Shown one piece after another: positions 23,914 to 40,424 of a stretch of 64,000 bases of DNA. Under the pieces are notes generated by a model. It was not told the DNA's origin, searched no databases, and worked only from the letters and a program-made list of their open reading frames with translations. The translations under genes were made by a program, and so were the position numbers. The first letter of the stretch is position 1. Each line of letters opens with the position of its first letter. This DNA is from Eledone cirrhosa (Eukaryota), in assembly GCA_964016885.1 (NCBI GenBank), contig OZ024743.1, positions 184,388,001 through 184,452,000 on the forward strand, read 5' to 3'.

Positions 23914-24869
23914 ATATAAATGAGAGGTATAGAGATTGTTTTAGCGAGAAGCTAACAGCATTCTATAACATATATGCGACTATAACGTCAAGATGGGAAA
24001 AGTAGTTAACGTAAGATTTAGGAAAAATAATTCAAACTCATTTCAAAAGAGAATCAGGATATAAATTCATCCACAGAATTTAGTGAAATCCATGGAAAAA
24101 TCAATAGACCTTTAACTCATGATAAAATAAAGTTTAAAACACTTATCCTTCAATTTGGAATAACATCAAATGCTCTGTATAGTCTTAAAAGACTATTTCA
24201 TGAAAACTTTCAGTGGAGATGGTCACGGTTGGATTTCATTCATCAGCAGAGCTCAACAGAAAACCAGGGCTCTCACAGTATTATAATCCGAAAAAGGGAA
24301 TTCTAAAACTGGCTAGTTCGCCATCATGTGTAATTATGAAAAAGCACATGAGGAAAAACGGGGCTAGTGACGTCAGGATGAAAGTGAATGTTTATTTACG
24401 AGAAATAGCAGTCAAATACATTCTGAAAAAAACTCTACAAAAGGAGTTCAGCAAATAGCAATAATTATCACAGTTTTTATGAAAAAAACCGGGATTAGTC
24501 ACAGATAGTTTAAGCACTCTAGGAAAAGAATCCGAGTATAAATATAAATGAGAGGTATAGAGATTGTTTTAGCGAGAAGCTAACAGCATTCTATAACATA
24601 TATGCGACTATAACGTCAAGATGGGAAAAGTAGTTAACGTAAGATTTAGGAAAAATAATTCAAACTCATTTCAAAAGAGAATCAGGATATAAATTCATCC
24701 ACAGAATTTAGTGAAATCCATGGAAAAATCAATAGACCTTTAACTCATGATAAAATAAAGTTTTAAACTCTTATCCTTCAATTTGGAATAACATCAAATG
24801 CTCTGTATAGTCTTAAAAGACTATTTCATGAAAACTTTCAGTGGAGATGGTCACGGTTGGATTTCATAT
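23914..24869 (-). repeat. Non-coding tandem unit, 628-bp period, about 1.5 copies, HHR-bearing (retrozyme-like)
   Basis: tgagaggtatagag occurs at 23921 and 24549. Copies are near-identical and bounded by microsatellites. Confidence 0.88.
24172..24252 (-). ncRNA. Hammerhead ribozyme with stable stem III
   Basis: GCUCUG-CUGAUGA-AUGAAA..UUUCAU-GAAA-UAGUCUU[uu]AAGACUA-UA-CAGAGC. The AUA triplet is the predicted cleavage site. The second copy (24800-24869) is cut off before the CUGAUGA box. Confidence 0.9.
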
Positions 24870-24883
24870 ATATATATATGTGT

Positions 24884-24989
<106 letters not shown>

Positions 24990-25102
24990 ATGTGTGTTTT
25001 TATTTTATTTTTCCTTTCCTTCTTCTTTCTCCAGCCTCACTTTCATATAGATTGCATTTTTGTTTTTAAAATCCAAATTCAATAAACAGACCAGGATTTT
25101 TT

Positions 25103-25156
25103 CATTCTGATGATTGAAAGCAAAATTTTTTGCTTTTAAGAAACCACTGGTAAATG
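25103..25156 (+). ncRNA. Hammerhead ribozyme
   Basis: CAUU-CUGAUGA-UUGAAAGCAAAA..UUUUGCUUUUAA-GAAA-CCACUGGUA-AAUG. Inverted copy of 13410-13463. Confidence 0.85.
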
Positions 25157-25249
25157 GAATAATTGCCTTATGTTGTTTATTACATAACTATTAAGCTCTG
25201 TTACCTACATAGAGCACTCTTTTTTCCTGGACTTTTCCGATGGAATTAC

Positions 25250-27293
<2,044 letters not shown>

Positions 27294-27294
27294 T

Positions 27295-27375
<81 letters not shown>

Positions 27376-27444
27376 CAAGGTTTAGCAAATAGAGAAAAAG
27401 TTTTAAAATAGATTTTTAAAAGTTCGCTGTACTTACTATATGTA

Positions 27445-27526
27445 CCTTTACCGCGCGGTTTCAAATCCCAAAATAAATGGATAATCCAGGCGGACTTCCA
27501 TTGAGAAGGGGACTCTCGTCAGAAGG
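27445..27526 (-). ncRNA. Hammerhead ribozyme in a pLTR-like unit (27374-27963, about 490-bp terminal direct repeat period)
   Basis: CCUU-CUGACGA-GAGUCCC..GGGAUUU-GAAA-CCGCGCGGUA-AAGG. The 3' half is repeated at about 27864-27963. Confidence 0.85.
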
Positions 27527-27971
27527 TTCTTCTCGCTCAGAGAATATAAAATTCCCGAGTTCAAATCACAAACTGGCGCCATACAAAACCGTTCCCGGAT
27601 GAGAGTGAATGAGGAAGGAACCAATTCTGTCTAGTGCCGTGTGTAAAGACAGAAGGCAGGGGTGGACAGGTCAATGTCCTGCCACTAGAAATAGCAGCAG
27701 TTCAAACGACCAGAATGTTATCTCAACCTTAGGGGATATTAATAATAATAAAATATGTGTTCCTACGTGCAAAAAATACATATAGGGATACAAGTATTAT
27801 CCAACCGTATGCCAATGTGGTTCTATGGCAGGTTAATAAATTAACGAGCCAGAACATATAAAATCAAGGTTTAGCAAATAGAGAAAAAGTTTTAAAATAA
27901 ATTCTAAAAAGTTCGCTGTACTTACTATATGTACCTTTACCGCGCGGTTTCAAATCCCAAAATATGTATAC

Positions 27972-28005
<34 letters not shown>

Positions 28006-28090
28006 ATATATAAATATATACATATATATATATATATGTGTATATATATATGTACATAAATATATATATATATATACATATATATATGTG

Positions 28091-28201
<111 letters not shown>

Positions 28202-28206
28202 GTGTG

Positions 28207-28334
<128 letters not shown>

Positions 28335-28350
28335 CATATATATATATATA

Positions 28351-28391
<41 letters not shown>

Positions 28392-28471
28392 CTGTGTATA
28401 ATGGTAGCTAAGGTGCTTCCATAGGCGGTATGCCAAGATTAGCACTCGATAATCATCAGAGTAGAGTGTAG

Positions 28472-28683
28472 ATATAAAGAAAACGAAAAATCAGTGATGC
28501 ATCTGGACTTAATTTATTCCGTGTTACAATTGTTTCTCCGGCAGGTAGCTCGAGACGTGGTCCTTGTATGGATCCGGCTGATTCTACTTCTGCAGAAGGA
28601 CCACGTCTCGAGCTACCTGCCGGAGAAACAATTGTAACACGGAATAAATTAAGTCCAGATGCATCACTGATTTTTCGTTTTCT

Positions 28684-28688
<5 letters not shown>
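28472..28688. repeat. Fold-back of a pLTR fragment (about 93-bp perfect arms)
   Basis: The arms are exact reverse complements. Each carries only the 3' half of an HHR (GAAACAAUUGUA) plus AATAAA. Confidence 0.85.
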
Positions 28689-28734
<46 letters not shown>

Positions 28735-28768
28735 AGATTTGAATGGATACAGTTTAGTTGAAAGGAAT

Positions 28769-28885
28769 TTATTGACACGTGTTTCTATAACAGTTACATA
28801 ACCTAAAACAGCTATCTACAAACTTTTAGTTATGCAGACATTCAATATTTCAATGTTATTATTTACTGTCATTTCATCAGAATAA
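28769..28885 (-). ncRNA. Hammerhead ribozyme with about 88-nt stem II domain
   Basis: UUAUU-CUGAUGA-a-AUGACAGU..ACUGUUAU-a-GAAA-CACGUGUC-AAUAA. Confidence 0.83.
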
Positions 28886-29471
28886 TATTACTGAGGACCT
28901 ATTTAGTTTTTATAGAGAATATTAGGAGGGAGGGGTGAAGTTGTTAGAAGAATAGTTGAAGGAGTGGTTTTTCGATAGCAGTGAGAATTCTTGGTGGCAG
29001 TGAGTAATTAGATTCCCATCTGTTGTTTTGACATTTTTTATAGAATATATTATTGGTTATTTTTCTAAATCTATAGAAGGATTAGAGATAGTGAAGATAT
29101 GCGTGGTTGGTTTTGTGTTTGCACTTAATTAACATTCAGACTTAAATTTTTCTTTCAAGTGTACGTATCCTTTCACCCACGCATTCACACACAAATATAT
29201 TTGCACACCTCTACAAAATACATATACACACAATTCACATATTCATACTTACATATATATACACATGCATACACATATATATACACACATGTATTCATGT
29301 ACATACATACGCGCTCATGTGTATACATTTTTATACTCAACTTATCTTTATATACACACGTATAGACACACACATATATACATACATACTCTAGTCCATG
29401 TGTACACACATACACATACATACACATCCATATACACATATATACATACACATATATACATACATATATAC

Positions 29472-29520
<49 letters not shown>

Positions 29521-29852
29521 CATACATACACAAACATACATATACACACATATACATATATATATATATATATATAAGCACTTTAATACATGAATACACT
29601 TACATCTAACTATACACATCAAACATATATATATATTTACTTATTTATATACATTTTCACATATATATACATACTTATGGACGTTTTTAGACACATTCAT
29701 TATCGCATATTTGTACCTATTCTCATCAGCATATCTTTTCATTATTAGTATGGTAATTTAAGGTTATTAATATATGTTGAGAAGAGATTGTTTTTATATT
29801 TTTCTAACTAGATTAAGGTTTATATAGTTGGGGGATGTCCCTCTTTTATGTA

Positions 29853-29911
<59 letters not shown>

Positions 29912-29960
29912 CATATAAAGAGGAAACATGATATATATATATATATACATATGTATATAC

Positions 29961-30032
<72 letters not shown>

Positions 30033-30139
30033 ATAATAATAAATTTGAAGACTAAAATCCAAAGAGGGCTCGATAAGGATAAATATATATCAAATATATA
30101 AGAACCGTAGAGCAAATATTTATTAAAATAACAGATTAA

Positions 30140-30190
30140 AGTTTAAGCAAAGAATCGCTGCTTTCACCCTTAACGGGATCTTCTGAAACT
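30140..30190 (-). ncRNA. Hammerhead-like motif, A4 variant (CAGAAGA)
   Basis: AGUUU-CAGAAGA-uCCC[guuaa]GGGu-GAAA-GCA[gcgauucuu]UGCUU-AAACU. Confidence 0.65.
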
Positions 30191-32924
30191 AACAAAGTCA
30201 ATCTGTAAACGCAGAGTGGATATTTCAAAAAACGTTGCAACCGGAGGAAGACAGGAAGACGATACTTTGGTTCGTGGTGACGTTCCCTGGCAAAGAACGG
30301 GAAAAAACGAATATAATACGTCATTAATAGGAGCGGTGAAAAACAATTACGCGCAAAGACAGAACCACGTTAATGGTATAAAAGAAGTCGTAGACTAATG
30401 TTCTCTTAGGTGGTTCATAGATACGTTCTCTGGCAATGAACGGAAAAAACGAAGATAATACGTCATATGTGGGGCGTGGAGAACAATTGCACGCAAAGAC
30501 AAAACCACGTAAATGGTATAGCAGAAGTCGTAGACTAAATTCTAACTAGGAAACCGAATGAATCCCCGCTTCAGAGTTAAGAGTAAAGTCAATAAATACA
30601 ATACAAGGGTAATAGAAATTAAATAAATACATACACACATTCAAATACGTACATACACAAGCATACGCAAAACACTTGCCATATAAATATGTGTGTGTGT
30701 GTGTGTGCGTGTATACAAATAAATAATTAAATAAACGTATATAAATAAATAAATACGTATATAACAAGCGCACCCACATACCTACATGTAAATACACAAA
30801 TGTTCGGAGACGTAAGTCATCCAAAACATGAAGTACACATATACACACACCCTACATACGTACGAACCTGCATACACAGGCAGACGCAAAACTCCCGTAT
30901 ACACATAACCAAACCATATGTACCATAAAATATAAAAAATGTATACGCCATAACATAATCAATCAAATATACGTATGAGAAAGTATACGTACCTTCACAA
31001 AACATACAGGTAATATATACTTACCTATGCAAATAAGTAAAAGTATAAACAAAACATATACTTAGCTACCACATCAAGACGTAAAAAATCCACGTATAGA
31101 TCTTACTATCCGTTAGGGTATAATGTGGGGCTGTAATACAGGAAAGTTTTGTGCAATTTATGTTTACAAGCCGAAATTGCCTCAGATTTTTTGTTTAAGA
31201 TGTGGTCTGTGGCGTAGAGTATTTCCAGGGCCTCAGCGGCGCAGAGGTCACATAGTCTTTTATTTCCGTTATACGATCTAGCCCTAGCTAGGATCTCCCA
31301 GTGTAACTTAAATTGGGTGCGGTTGTCTTTTAGACTCCAGATATAAGCTGAAAGTGACGTCATATTCCTTCTCAGAGGGTAACGAAAAGAATGGCTATGC
31401 ATGTAAAGACGCTGCTTGAATCTATTGGCGGTTAACCCTATGTTGGCCCTACGGGACGTGGGTGTTTCAACCTTACATTTGTAGACAATGTTACTAGAGA
31501 GGCATTTCCCGGATAGGGGGCAATCAACCCGATTCCTACAATTACAGTAAGTACTAACTACAGGGTTGCACGTGTTCCTACGGTTAGGTAGTTTAGCTAA
31601 ATTTGAAGCTGTGATGTTATGTGCAAGGTTAGGAGTCGTAGAGTAAGAAATTTTAATAGTATTTCTATTAAAAATTTTACTATGTTTATGTGTAGGGGGA
31701 AAATGCTTCGTAATAAGGGAAAGAAAGATCTTAGCTAATGGTGTGGCCACCTCCATATTATATGGTGGGTTATACCAACAAATGCAACGGGATCTATTAC
31801 TTCTAGGTCTATTTTCGTACTCTGTATATGCTACCTTATCGATAAATCCACTCCGAGCAAGAGCTTCATTGTAATAAGTGGAATGGTCGTTGAAAATATG
31901 CTCGTTAGTAGATAGACGGGAAAGCCTCAACGAAACGTTTCTTACCAGGTTCTTGGTTATGCTGGCAGGATGGGTGGAATGCTTATTTATGTAATTAAGC
32001 GTATCATTCGGCTTTCTATACGGGTAATACAACCCATTCAATAAATTGAGGGTAACGTCGATGTAATTAACGACCGAAAGATTAGCCTCAACCTGTATAG
32101 AGAGGTTGAAGCCTTTAAAGAAGGCTCTGAGTTCTTTTCTGAACCTGTCGCAAGCACGAGGTCCGCACTTAGTCATGGTCAAAAGACCATCATCACGGTA
32201 CAAACGACCGCCCGCGTTGGGGAATTCGTCCTTGGTAGAGAAAAGAAGGAAAAGGCCGATAAGATCAGTAACCTCCGCAGATTCGCTGGCGCCCATAGTC
32301 ACGTCGAATTGGATGTTTTAATCCAAATAGAGTCGTCGAAATTAATCACCGACTTACGGGCATTGAGGATGACATCAACTTCGAAATCCTTAACCACTGT
32401 GAGTGTTTTAGCGAAATTGATAGCTCTAAGGAGAAGTGGTAAAGTGGTGGAGGAGTAGTAATTGTTGATGTCGAATTGGATAAAACGGCAATGTTCCTTG
32501 TTGCATATGCCGTTGAACCAATCAATCACCGCGAAGTTCCACAGTGCAAGAGGGGCCAAACTTCTAATTTCAGGTATAATTCTATCAAGAACCCTTTTAC
32601 TAAGTCTACCTAAATCGGACTTCGTGGGGTTAATAAGCCGAATAGAGGGGTTGTTCGGAAAATTGGATTTGTGATCCTTCAGGGTAAAGTGGGGAGAAAT
32701 AGGGTCCAGAGGTTCGGTTTCTTGGTTCTGGAAGGATGGTTAGAATGCTTACTTATGTAATTAAGCGTATCATTCGGCTTTCTATACGGGTAATACAACC
32801 CATTCGATAAATTGAGGTTAACGTCGAGGGAACGTTTCCACGAACCAAAGTATCGTCTTCCTGTCTTCCTCCGGTTGCAACGTTTTTGAAATATCCACTT
32901 CTGCGTTTACAGATTGACTTTGTT

Positions 32925-32975
32925 AGTTTCAGAAGATCCCGTTCAGGGTGAAAGCAGCGATTCTTTGCTTAAACT
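32925..32975 (+). ncRNA. Hammerhead-like motif, A4 variant (inverted pLTR copy)
   Basis: Same fold as 30140-30190. Confidence 0.65.
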
Positions 32976-32995
32976 TTAATCTGTTATTTTAATAA

Positions 32996-33028
<33 letters not shown>

Positions 33029-33241
33029 CATATGTATATATATATATACATATATATACATATATATATATATACATATATATATATGTATATATATATA
33101 CATATGTATATATATATACATATATATATACATATATATATACATATGTATATATATATACATATATATATATATACATATATATATACATATGTATATA
33201 TATATATACATATGTATATATATATACATATATATATATAC

Positions 33242-33371
<130 letters not shown>

Positions 33372-33457
33372 GTATATATATATATATAAATACATATATA
33401 TACATATATATATGTAACCCATTTGCAACGCCGCAGCTCCATTATTATCATATTTAC

Positions 33458-33488
<31 letters not shown>

Positions 33489-33520
33489 TATATATATATA
33501 TTTATGTATATATACATATG

Positions 33521-33657
<137 letters not shown>

Positions 33658-33822
33658 TATAGATATGTATACACTATATACAACTATAAACAGGAAAGGT
33701 CAGTAATTCATTACTACCTTATTACCAGTAAGAAAAATAGCTCAATGTAAATACATCAGATGTTTTACAGAGCAGGAATATAAATTACACAATAATCAAA
33801 GCTATATTCAAATCATTTTATT

Positions 33823-33867
33823 GCTGACATTCGTTTCTTCCAAACTTTCGTTTGGAATCATCGGAGT
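33823..33867 (-). ncRNA. Hammerhead ribozyme, C4 variant
   Basis: CU-CCGAUGA-UUCCAAAC[gaaa]GUUUGGAA-GAAA-CGAAUGUC-AG then AATAAA. Stem II covaries with the 7711-7755 copy. Confidence 0.8.
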
Positions 33868-34357
33868 ACTAGCAATGTTTGTACATATAATTAACCTCCT
33901 ATTTAACTGAACAATCATATAGATACATGGATATTAATGTTGTCAACAACAGTTTCGTATTTACAGAGCGGAATGGATGCGACATAGATTACAAGAGAAT
34001 TGTACAATAATTAAAATTAAAAATTAAAAATTAAAAGGCACAGAGTGGAATGCATGCGACAGAGATTACAAGGGAATAGTATAATAATTAAAGAGGCATT
34101 AAGGTAGAAAGTTACTCGTAAAACGAAGACACTAGCAGTACATATGCAAGCGTATAGAGAGTCCAAATGCGTTAGGCATATACAGGAAGAAAACAAGCAA
34201 TGGTACTAGGCATATATAATTATTGCATGGCAAAGATATCACATAAAATAACATAGGTTTACAAGCATATCAAGCAGACAAATATGTTTGAGTATTAAAA
34301 TTATGAATTTATGGTGGATGTAGTATGATGATTGTTTCTGAAACAATCATATATATT

Positions 34358-34412
<55 letters not shown>

Positions 34413-34959
34413 AAATAAATAAGTCAAATATTTAAAATTTGGCTTCGTTTATTAAAGGTGTACTGCTATATATATTTTGGTAACAGCTATCCTTGGCTGT
34501 GACCTCTTCAGGCGAATGGGTGTGGTAGAGACTGGTACACATGTTGTTGAGGTGTTTAACTCCGTCAATACTCCGATATGCCCAGTTCCTGGTTGGGTTG
34601 TTATTTCTCTGAGGAACTGGAATCATATGAATTCGAACAAACGACTTTCGGCATCAAAGGACACTCTCTCCTCCCATTGGTCAGTTGTGAGAACATTCCT
34701 CAGTCAAAAGTCTATATGATTTTTTTCTGAGGCAAGGCAATCTGTTGTGGTTGTTTTTGTTAAGTATAGCTGACCTCCTTCCTTGTGTTAGTAGTGGTGT
34801 TGGTGTTGGGGGTTCGTGAGCCAGGTCAAGTCAGCTTTAGTTCGGCTGCTGCTATCTTTAGCTATATGGACAGTAACAACACATTAGGATGGGAACTCCC
34901 CTCAAGCTATAGGGACTCCTCCGGGACATGCAGACATAAAACGATAGAAACGAGTGAAC

Positions 34960-37405
34960 TGGAGTGGTGGGAAAGGAGACTCAAAGATCTCCTTGATGAG
35001 AGCTCCATAGACCTCATCATGTACTCTCGTTACGTAGACGACATCAATATAGTAATAAGGACATCCCCACGAGAGAGCACTAACAAGTTTGATTTAGAAC
35101 GTAGCACAATGGAAAGCATACAGCAGATAGCTAATTCCATACACCAGAGTATAACTGTAACTATCGACTACCCTTCCAAACACCCTAACAATAGACTACC
35201 TGTATTAGACACGGAACTCTGGATTAACGCTATAGACGAGAGAGCCCAAATTCTCCACTCACACTATGCTAAACCCATGGCCTCCAAATACCTGATACTC
35301 AGAAACTCAGCAATGTCCAGTAGTGCTAAGTTTAATATTCTGATCGCAGACTTGGTACGAGTGATGAATAACGTATCCCGCATGTGCGACCCAACAGAAA
35401 TGGAAAGACACATCCAACACTTCATCAACCGCATGCAGTTCTCTGGCTACAACCAAAGAGACAGAATCAGAGTATACGAAGGAGCCACGGAGAAGTATAA
35501 GACCCACATAGAACTGGACATGAAAGGAATTTGCCCATTATACAGGAGCAAATCATGGAATAGCTTAGATAGGAATAGACATAAGATAATGAAAGCCACC
35601 TCATGGTACGACAACCAGAGATACCAGAGTGTCATGTTTGTGGACGCTACCCCTGGAGGGAAATTAGCTAACCAGTGTAGAAAGGCCCTGAGAAAGACCC
35701 ACTTAAATATTAAGGTGGTAGAAAAGCCAGGAACCACCATAAAATCCCTGATCAGCAAAACCTACCCTTTTAAGAAAACCCACTGTACTAATAGGAAATG
35801 TATCATATGTAGAGTAAACCCCGGATAAACTGTAAAACTAGAAACGTAGTCTATAGCATAAGATGTACAGAGGGTACTTTCAGAAACATCACGACAACAT
35901 TCATAGGCGAGACAGCTCGTAGCATAGTTGAAAGGATAGACCAACACTGGGGGGAACTAAAAGGACGAAAAAACGGTTCAGTACTATACGAACATGCCAG
36001 ACAACAACACAACGTTAACATAGACAACATAGAAGTTAGAATAATATCTAAACATAGAAATGACCCAGCAGATAGGCAAATCAGAGAGGCCAACGAAATA
36101 GAACTTAGAAGGCCAAGGCTAAACAGAAAAAATGAATGGAATAACAACAACACCCAAACAAACAACACTGACCTAAGAGAAGTATAAATAAATAAATACA
36201 TACACAAGCACAATAACAACAAACATATAAACACACACTAATAAACTAAGATAGAATACATTAACCAATACACAGTCACCCAAACAAGAACACACATCAA
36301 ACAAAACACTATACACACACGGAATCGCATGCGCAGAGAAGACCAAAAAATAAACAAATAAATAAATAAACAGACTAAATAAAGATGGCGTAAGCATACA
36401 ATGCAACAGGAGGAAACATAATAGCAACACTGACGATGTGTATTTAGATTTGCATCTATTTGTGCGTATGTATATTTTTGGTTGGATATCAATTTCACTG
36501 TACCTCTCTCTATATATATAGTGTGGGTATATGCACTTTGTAATCTATGAAATTTATGTGTTTTAACTATGCCAACATGTATTTACCTGAGTTTGATTAT
36601 TTATGCATTAACATACTTGATAGTATTTTAGAGTGTATCATATGCTATATTATACTAAATGCAATTTACCACACAGTACTATATTGTGTTGGTTAAGTTG
36701 TATATTATCGCATTACCGTATTTCATTATCTTATTATAATTTTCATCTTTGAATATACTATCTTTCCTAGCCATAACCTTAATTTATATTCACCTTAAAA
36801 CTCAATACAACACTAGTTACCATTTATTTTGACATTCCTTTTAAATTCACTATACCTGATACATTCAACTATCAGTTTCACAATCCCTTTCCTCCTAATA
36901 GATTGTTATGCCAATCCTACTATTAACACCCTTCAACCATTCCTTTCAAAGGGTCATGACCTCAACTAAAGTATATTACTTTTCATCTTAACACCATATG
37001 AAAAAACAATTTGATTCGTTAGTTCTTCAACTACCTCCAAATAAGGACATGATACTAACATACTACTAATTCTGAATAAAATTATTATTGCTTTTGAAAA
37101 CAGCTGGTGATATGCATGTTAGTAAATATTCTCTTTATCTGATAGTTTGTAAATAACCTTACATAGATCAATTACTGAGTATAGCTACAATGTATTATCA
37201 TCATCTAGAAACGATCGTAAAGCAGTGAAGTATATCTCTAATGACTTGTTTTTTATTTCATTGTTTTAACTCATATCATGACTCTGTTTTCCTGTTAATG
37301 TTTTATTGTTTTCCGAGATTTATCTTAACCTACAACATTTTCAACATATGGATTACATCGAGTTCTTCATGCAGAATAGACCCCACAACTTACTGTGGAT
37401 ACCTA
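34960..37405 (+). mobile_element. Penelope-like element of a different clade (YVDD; Neptune/Nematis-like), 5'-truncated
   Basis: YSRYVDD, LPVLDTELW, MQFSGY, MFVDATPGG, KVVEKPG, CxxxxCxxC. After a frameshift at about 35825: CKTRNVVYSIRC..FIGETARS..HARQQH..RQIREA..LNRKNEW. An HHR lies in the 3' UTR. Confidence 0.85.
37087..37226 (+). ncRNA. Hammerhead ribozyme, U3-A8 variant with about 107-nt stem II domain
   Basis: AUUGCUU-UUGAAAA-c..long stem..a-GAAA-CGAUCGUA-AAGCAGU. Confidence 0.75.
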
Positions 37406-37449
37406 TGTGTATATATATATGTATGTGTATATATATATATGTGTGTGTG

Positions 37450-37546
<97 letters not shown>

Positions 37547-37625
37547 ATATATATATATATGTATATATATGTATATATATGTATATATATATATATATGT
37601 GTGTGTATATATATATATATGTATA

Positions 37626-37686
<61 letters not shown>

Positions 37687-37767
37687 GTATGTATATATAT
37701 ATATATGTATATATATATGTATGTATATATATATGTATGTATATATATATATATATGTATGTATATA

Positions 37768-37951
<184 letters not shown>

Positions 37952-37957
37952 TGTATG

Positions 37958-38259
<302 letters not shown>

Positions 38260-38533
38260 ATTATCTCCAAATTATTTGTCGAGCAATATTGGCCAAGACT
38301 GCTGCTATGGTAGCAGGCAGGCCGCTGTCTTATTAGCAAACCACTTTCCACTGATTGACCTCGATGTCACGTGATTGATTCTTTTTGAATTTGCCACCGA
38401 CACCGACGCAGAGGCAGTGATTTTCTCAATGGCTAGGAATTCAGTCCACGCTTTGGTATTTTCTATCCACTGAATTATTTTTGAATAAGTTTCCAGAGTC
38501 CACGCTTTGCCTGGATACTTAGATGAGAATAGT

Positions 38534-38613
38534 CTTCCCTGACGACGAAATGATTCTCTATGCTTTCTTCGGAAAGTATATTTATTCCATTTCAGAAACT
38601 AATTAGTTGGAAG
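38534..38613 (+). ncRNA. Hammerhead ribozyme
   Basis: CUUCC-CUGACGA-cGAAAUG..CAUUUCa-GAAA-CUAAUUAGUU-GGAAG. Confidence 0.87.
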
Positions 38614-38655
38614 TGATATTTTAGTAAGATAATTTTATAATTTTCTTATTTTACG

Positions 38656-38710
<55 letters not shown>

Positions 38711-38943
38711 AAGTGTGGGGACAACTGGAAAGCTTCCATTACTCATACTTCTCGCCTTCTTCACTACCTCTTCTACGGCCTCGATATGAATACCCCCTCC
38801 GCCTCCGTGGTATTTTCTTCGTGGTTATAAGAGGCTTAGCTCTGTTTCTCGACCGTTATATCGCGTGACTGTCTCCCCCTCCGCCTTTTGGGATTCTTTC
38901 TCACGTCGTGTAGACGCGTTCTTGAGACTAGTAAAATGAGGTA

Positions 38944-39031
38944 TCCTCTTGATAAGTCGGCAGACCTCGCAAGGACTCTATATCTTTGATATATTGTTTT
39001 TGTTTATGCCACGAAACTACGTAGTCGAGGA
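38944..39031 (+). ncRNA. Hammerhead ribozyme, U3-A8 variant (copy 1)
   Basis: UCCUC-UUGAUAA-GUcGGCA..UGCCAC-GAAA-CUACGUAGUC-GAGGA. Confidence 0.85.
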
Positions 39032-39534
39032 ATTTAGGAACAGTTTAGGTATGATACATTTTATTACTAATTATATCTAAATGTTTCTTCTCTCTTCATA
39101 ATGTATTTTTAACTCTGATACTGGTTCAGTCTGGTTCAAACTGAATTAGTCTGTCCCAGTCATTCATTGAGCAACATCGGTGAAGTTGGCACCCTTAACT
39201 CACAGTTGGGTGCGGATGCATTCATGTATATATGTGTGTGTCCGCATGTATCTGTGTGTTTCTAAATATATTAATAACTCCCTCTGGTCGAGCAATCTTT
39301 GAAGTGTGGGGACAACTGGAAAGCTTCCATTACTCATACTTCTCGCCTTCTTCACTACCTCTTCTACGGCCTCGATATGAATACCCCCTCCGCCTCCGTG
39401 GTATTTTCTTCGTGGTTATAAGAGGCTTAGCTCTGTTTCTCGACCGTTATATCGCGTGACTGTCTCCCCCTCCGCCTTTTGGGATTCTTTCTCACGTCGT
39501 GTAGACGCGTTCTTGAGACTAGTAAAATGAGGTA

Positions 39535-39622
39535 TCCTCTTGATAAGTCGGCAGACCTCGCAAGGACTCTATATCTTTGATATATTGTTTTTGTTTATGC
39601 CACGAAACTACGTAGTCGAGGA
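39535..39622 (+). ncRNA. Hammerhead ribozyme, U3-A8 variant (copy 2)
   Basis: Same as copy 1, offset +591. Confidence 0.85.
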
Positions 39623-40125
39623 ATTTAGGAACAGTTTAGGTATGATACATTTTATTACTAATTATATCTAAATGTTTCTTCTCTCTTCATAATGTATTTT
39701 TAACTCTGATACTGGTTCAGTCTGGTTCAAACTGAATTAGTCTGTCCCAGTCATTCATTGAGCAACATCGGTGAAGTTGGCACCCTTAACTCACAGTTGG
39801 GTGCGGATGCATTCATGTATATATGTGTGTGTCCGCATGTATCTGTGTGTTTCTAAATATATTAATAACTCCCTCTGGTCGAGCAATCTTTGAAGTGTGG
39901 GGACAACTGGAAAGCTTCCATTACTCATACTTCTCGCCTTCTTCACTACCTCTTCTACGGCCTCGATATGAATACCCCCTCCGCCTCCGTGGTATTTTCT
40001 TCGTGGTTATAAGAGGCTTAGCTCTGTTTCTCGACCGTTATATCGCGTGACTGTCTCCCCCTCCGCCTTTTGGGATTCTTTCTCACGTCGTGTAGACGCG
40101 TTCTTGAGACTAGTAAAATGAGGTA

Positions 40126-40213
40126 TCCTCTTGATAAGTCGGCAGACCTCGCAAGGACTCTATATCTTTGATATATTGTTTTTGTTTATGCCACGAAACT
40201 ACGTAGTCGAGGA
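40126..40213 (+). ncRNA. Hammerhead ribozyme, U3-A8 variant (copy 3)
   Basis: Same as copy 1, offset +1182. Confidence 0.85.
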
Positions 40214-40301
40214 ATTTAGGAACAGTTTAGGTATGATACATTTTATTACTAATTATATCTAAATGTTTCTTCTCTCTTCATAATGTATATATATATATAT
40301 G

Positions 40302-40424
<123 letters not shown>

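Larger units (their letters stand above)
30060..32995 (-). mobile_element. Penelope-like element (Naiad-like), 5'-truncated, with inverted pLTR
   Basis: ORFs 32559-32299 and 32302-31106 (FIQFDINNYY, TMGASESAE, LYRDD, WYNPPY, CNCRNRVDCPLSGKCL, LNKKSE..CKH). About 32838-32995 is an inverted copy of about 30117-30276. Confidence 0.9.
38707..40287 (+). repeat. Tandem array, 591-bp unit, about 2.7 copies, one HHR per unit (retrozyme-like)
   Basis: gaagtgtgggg occurs at 38710, 39301 and 39892. Copies appear identical, have no coding capacity and are embedded in (TA)n. Confidence 0.93.

Noticed and set aside
34420-34790. Possible degraded GIY-YIG coding remnant on the minus strand upstream of the 33823 HHR
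   Set aside because: The position is suggestive, but the motifs are too decayed to support a call without an HMM search.
39232-40050. Identical 75-aa ORFs at 39232 and 39823
   Set aside because: By-product of the 591-bp tandem repeat, with no recognisable motif.
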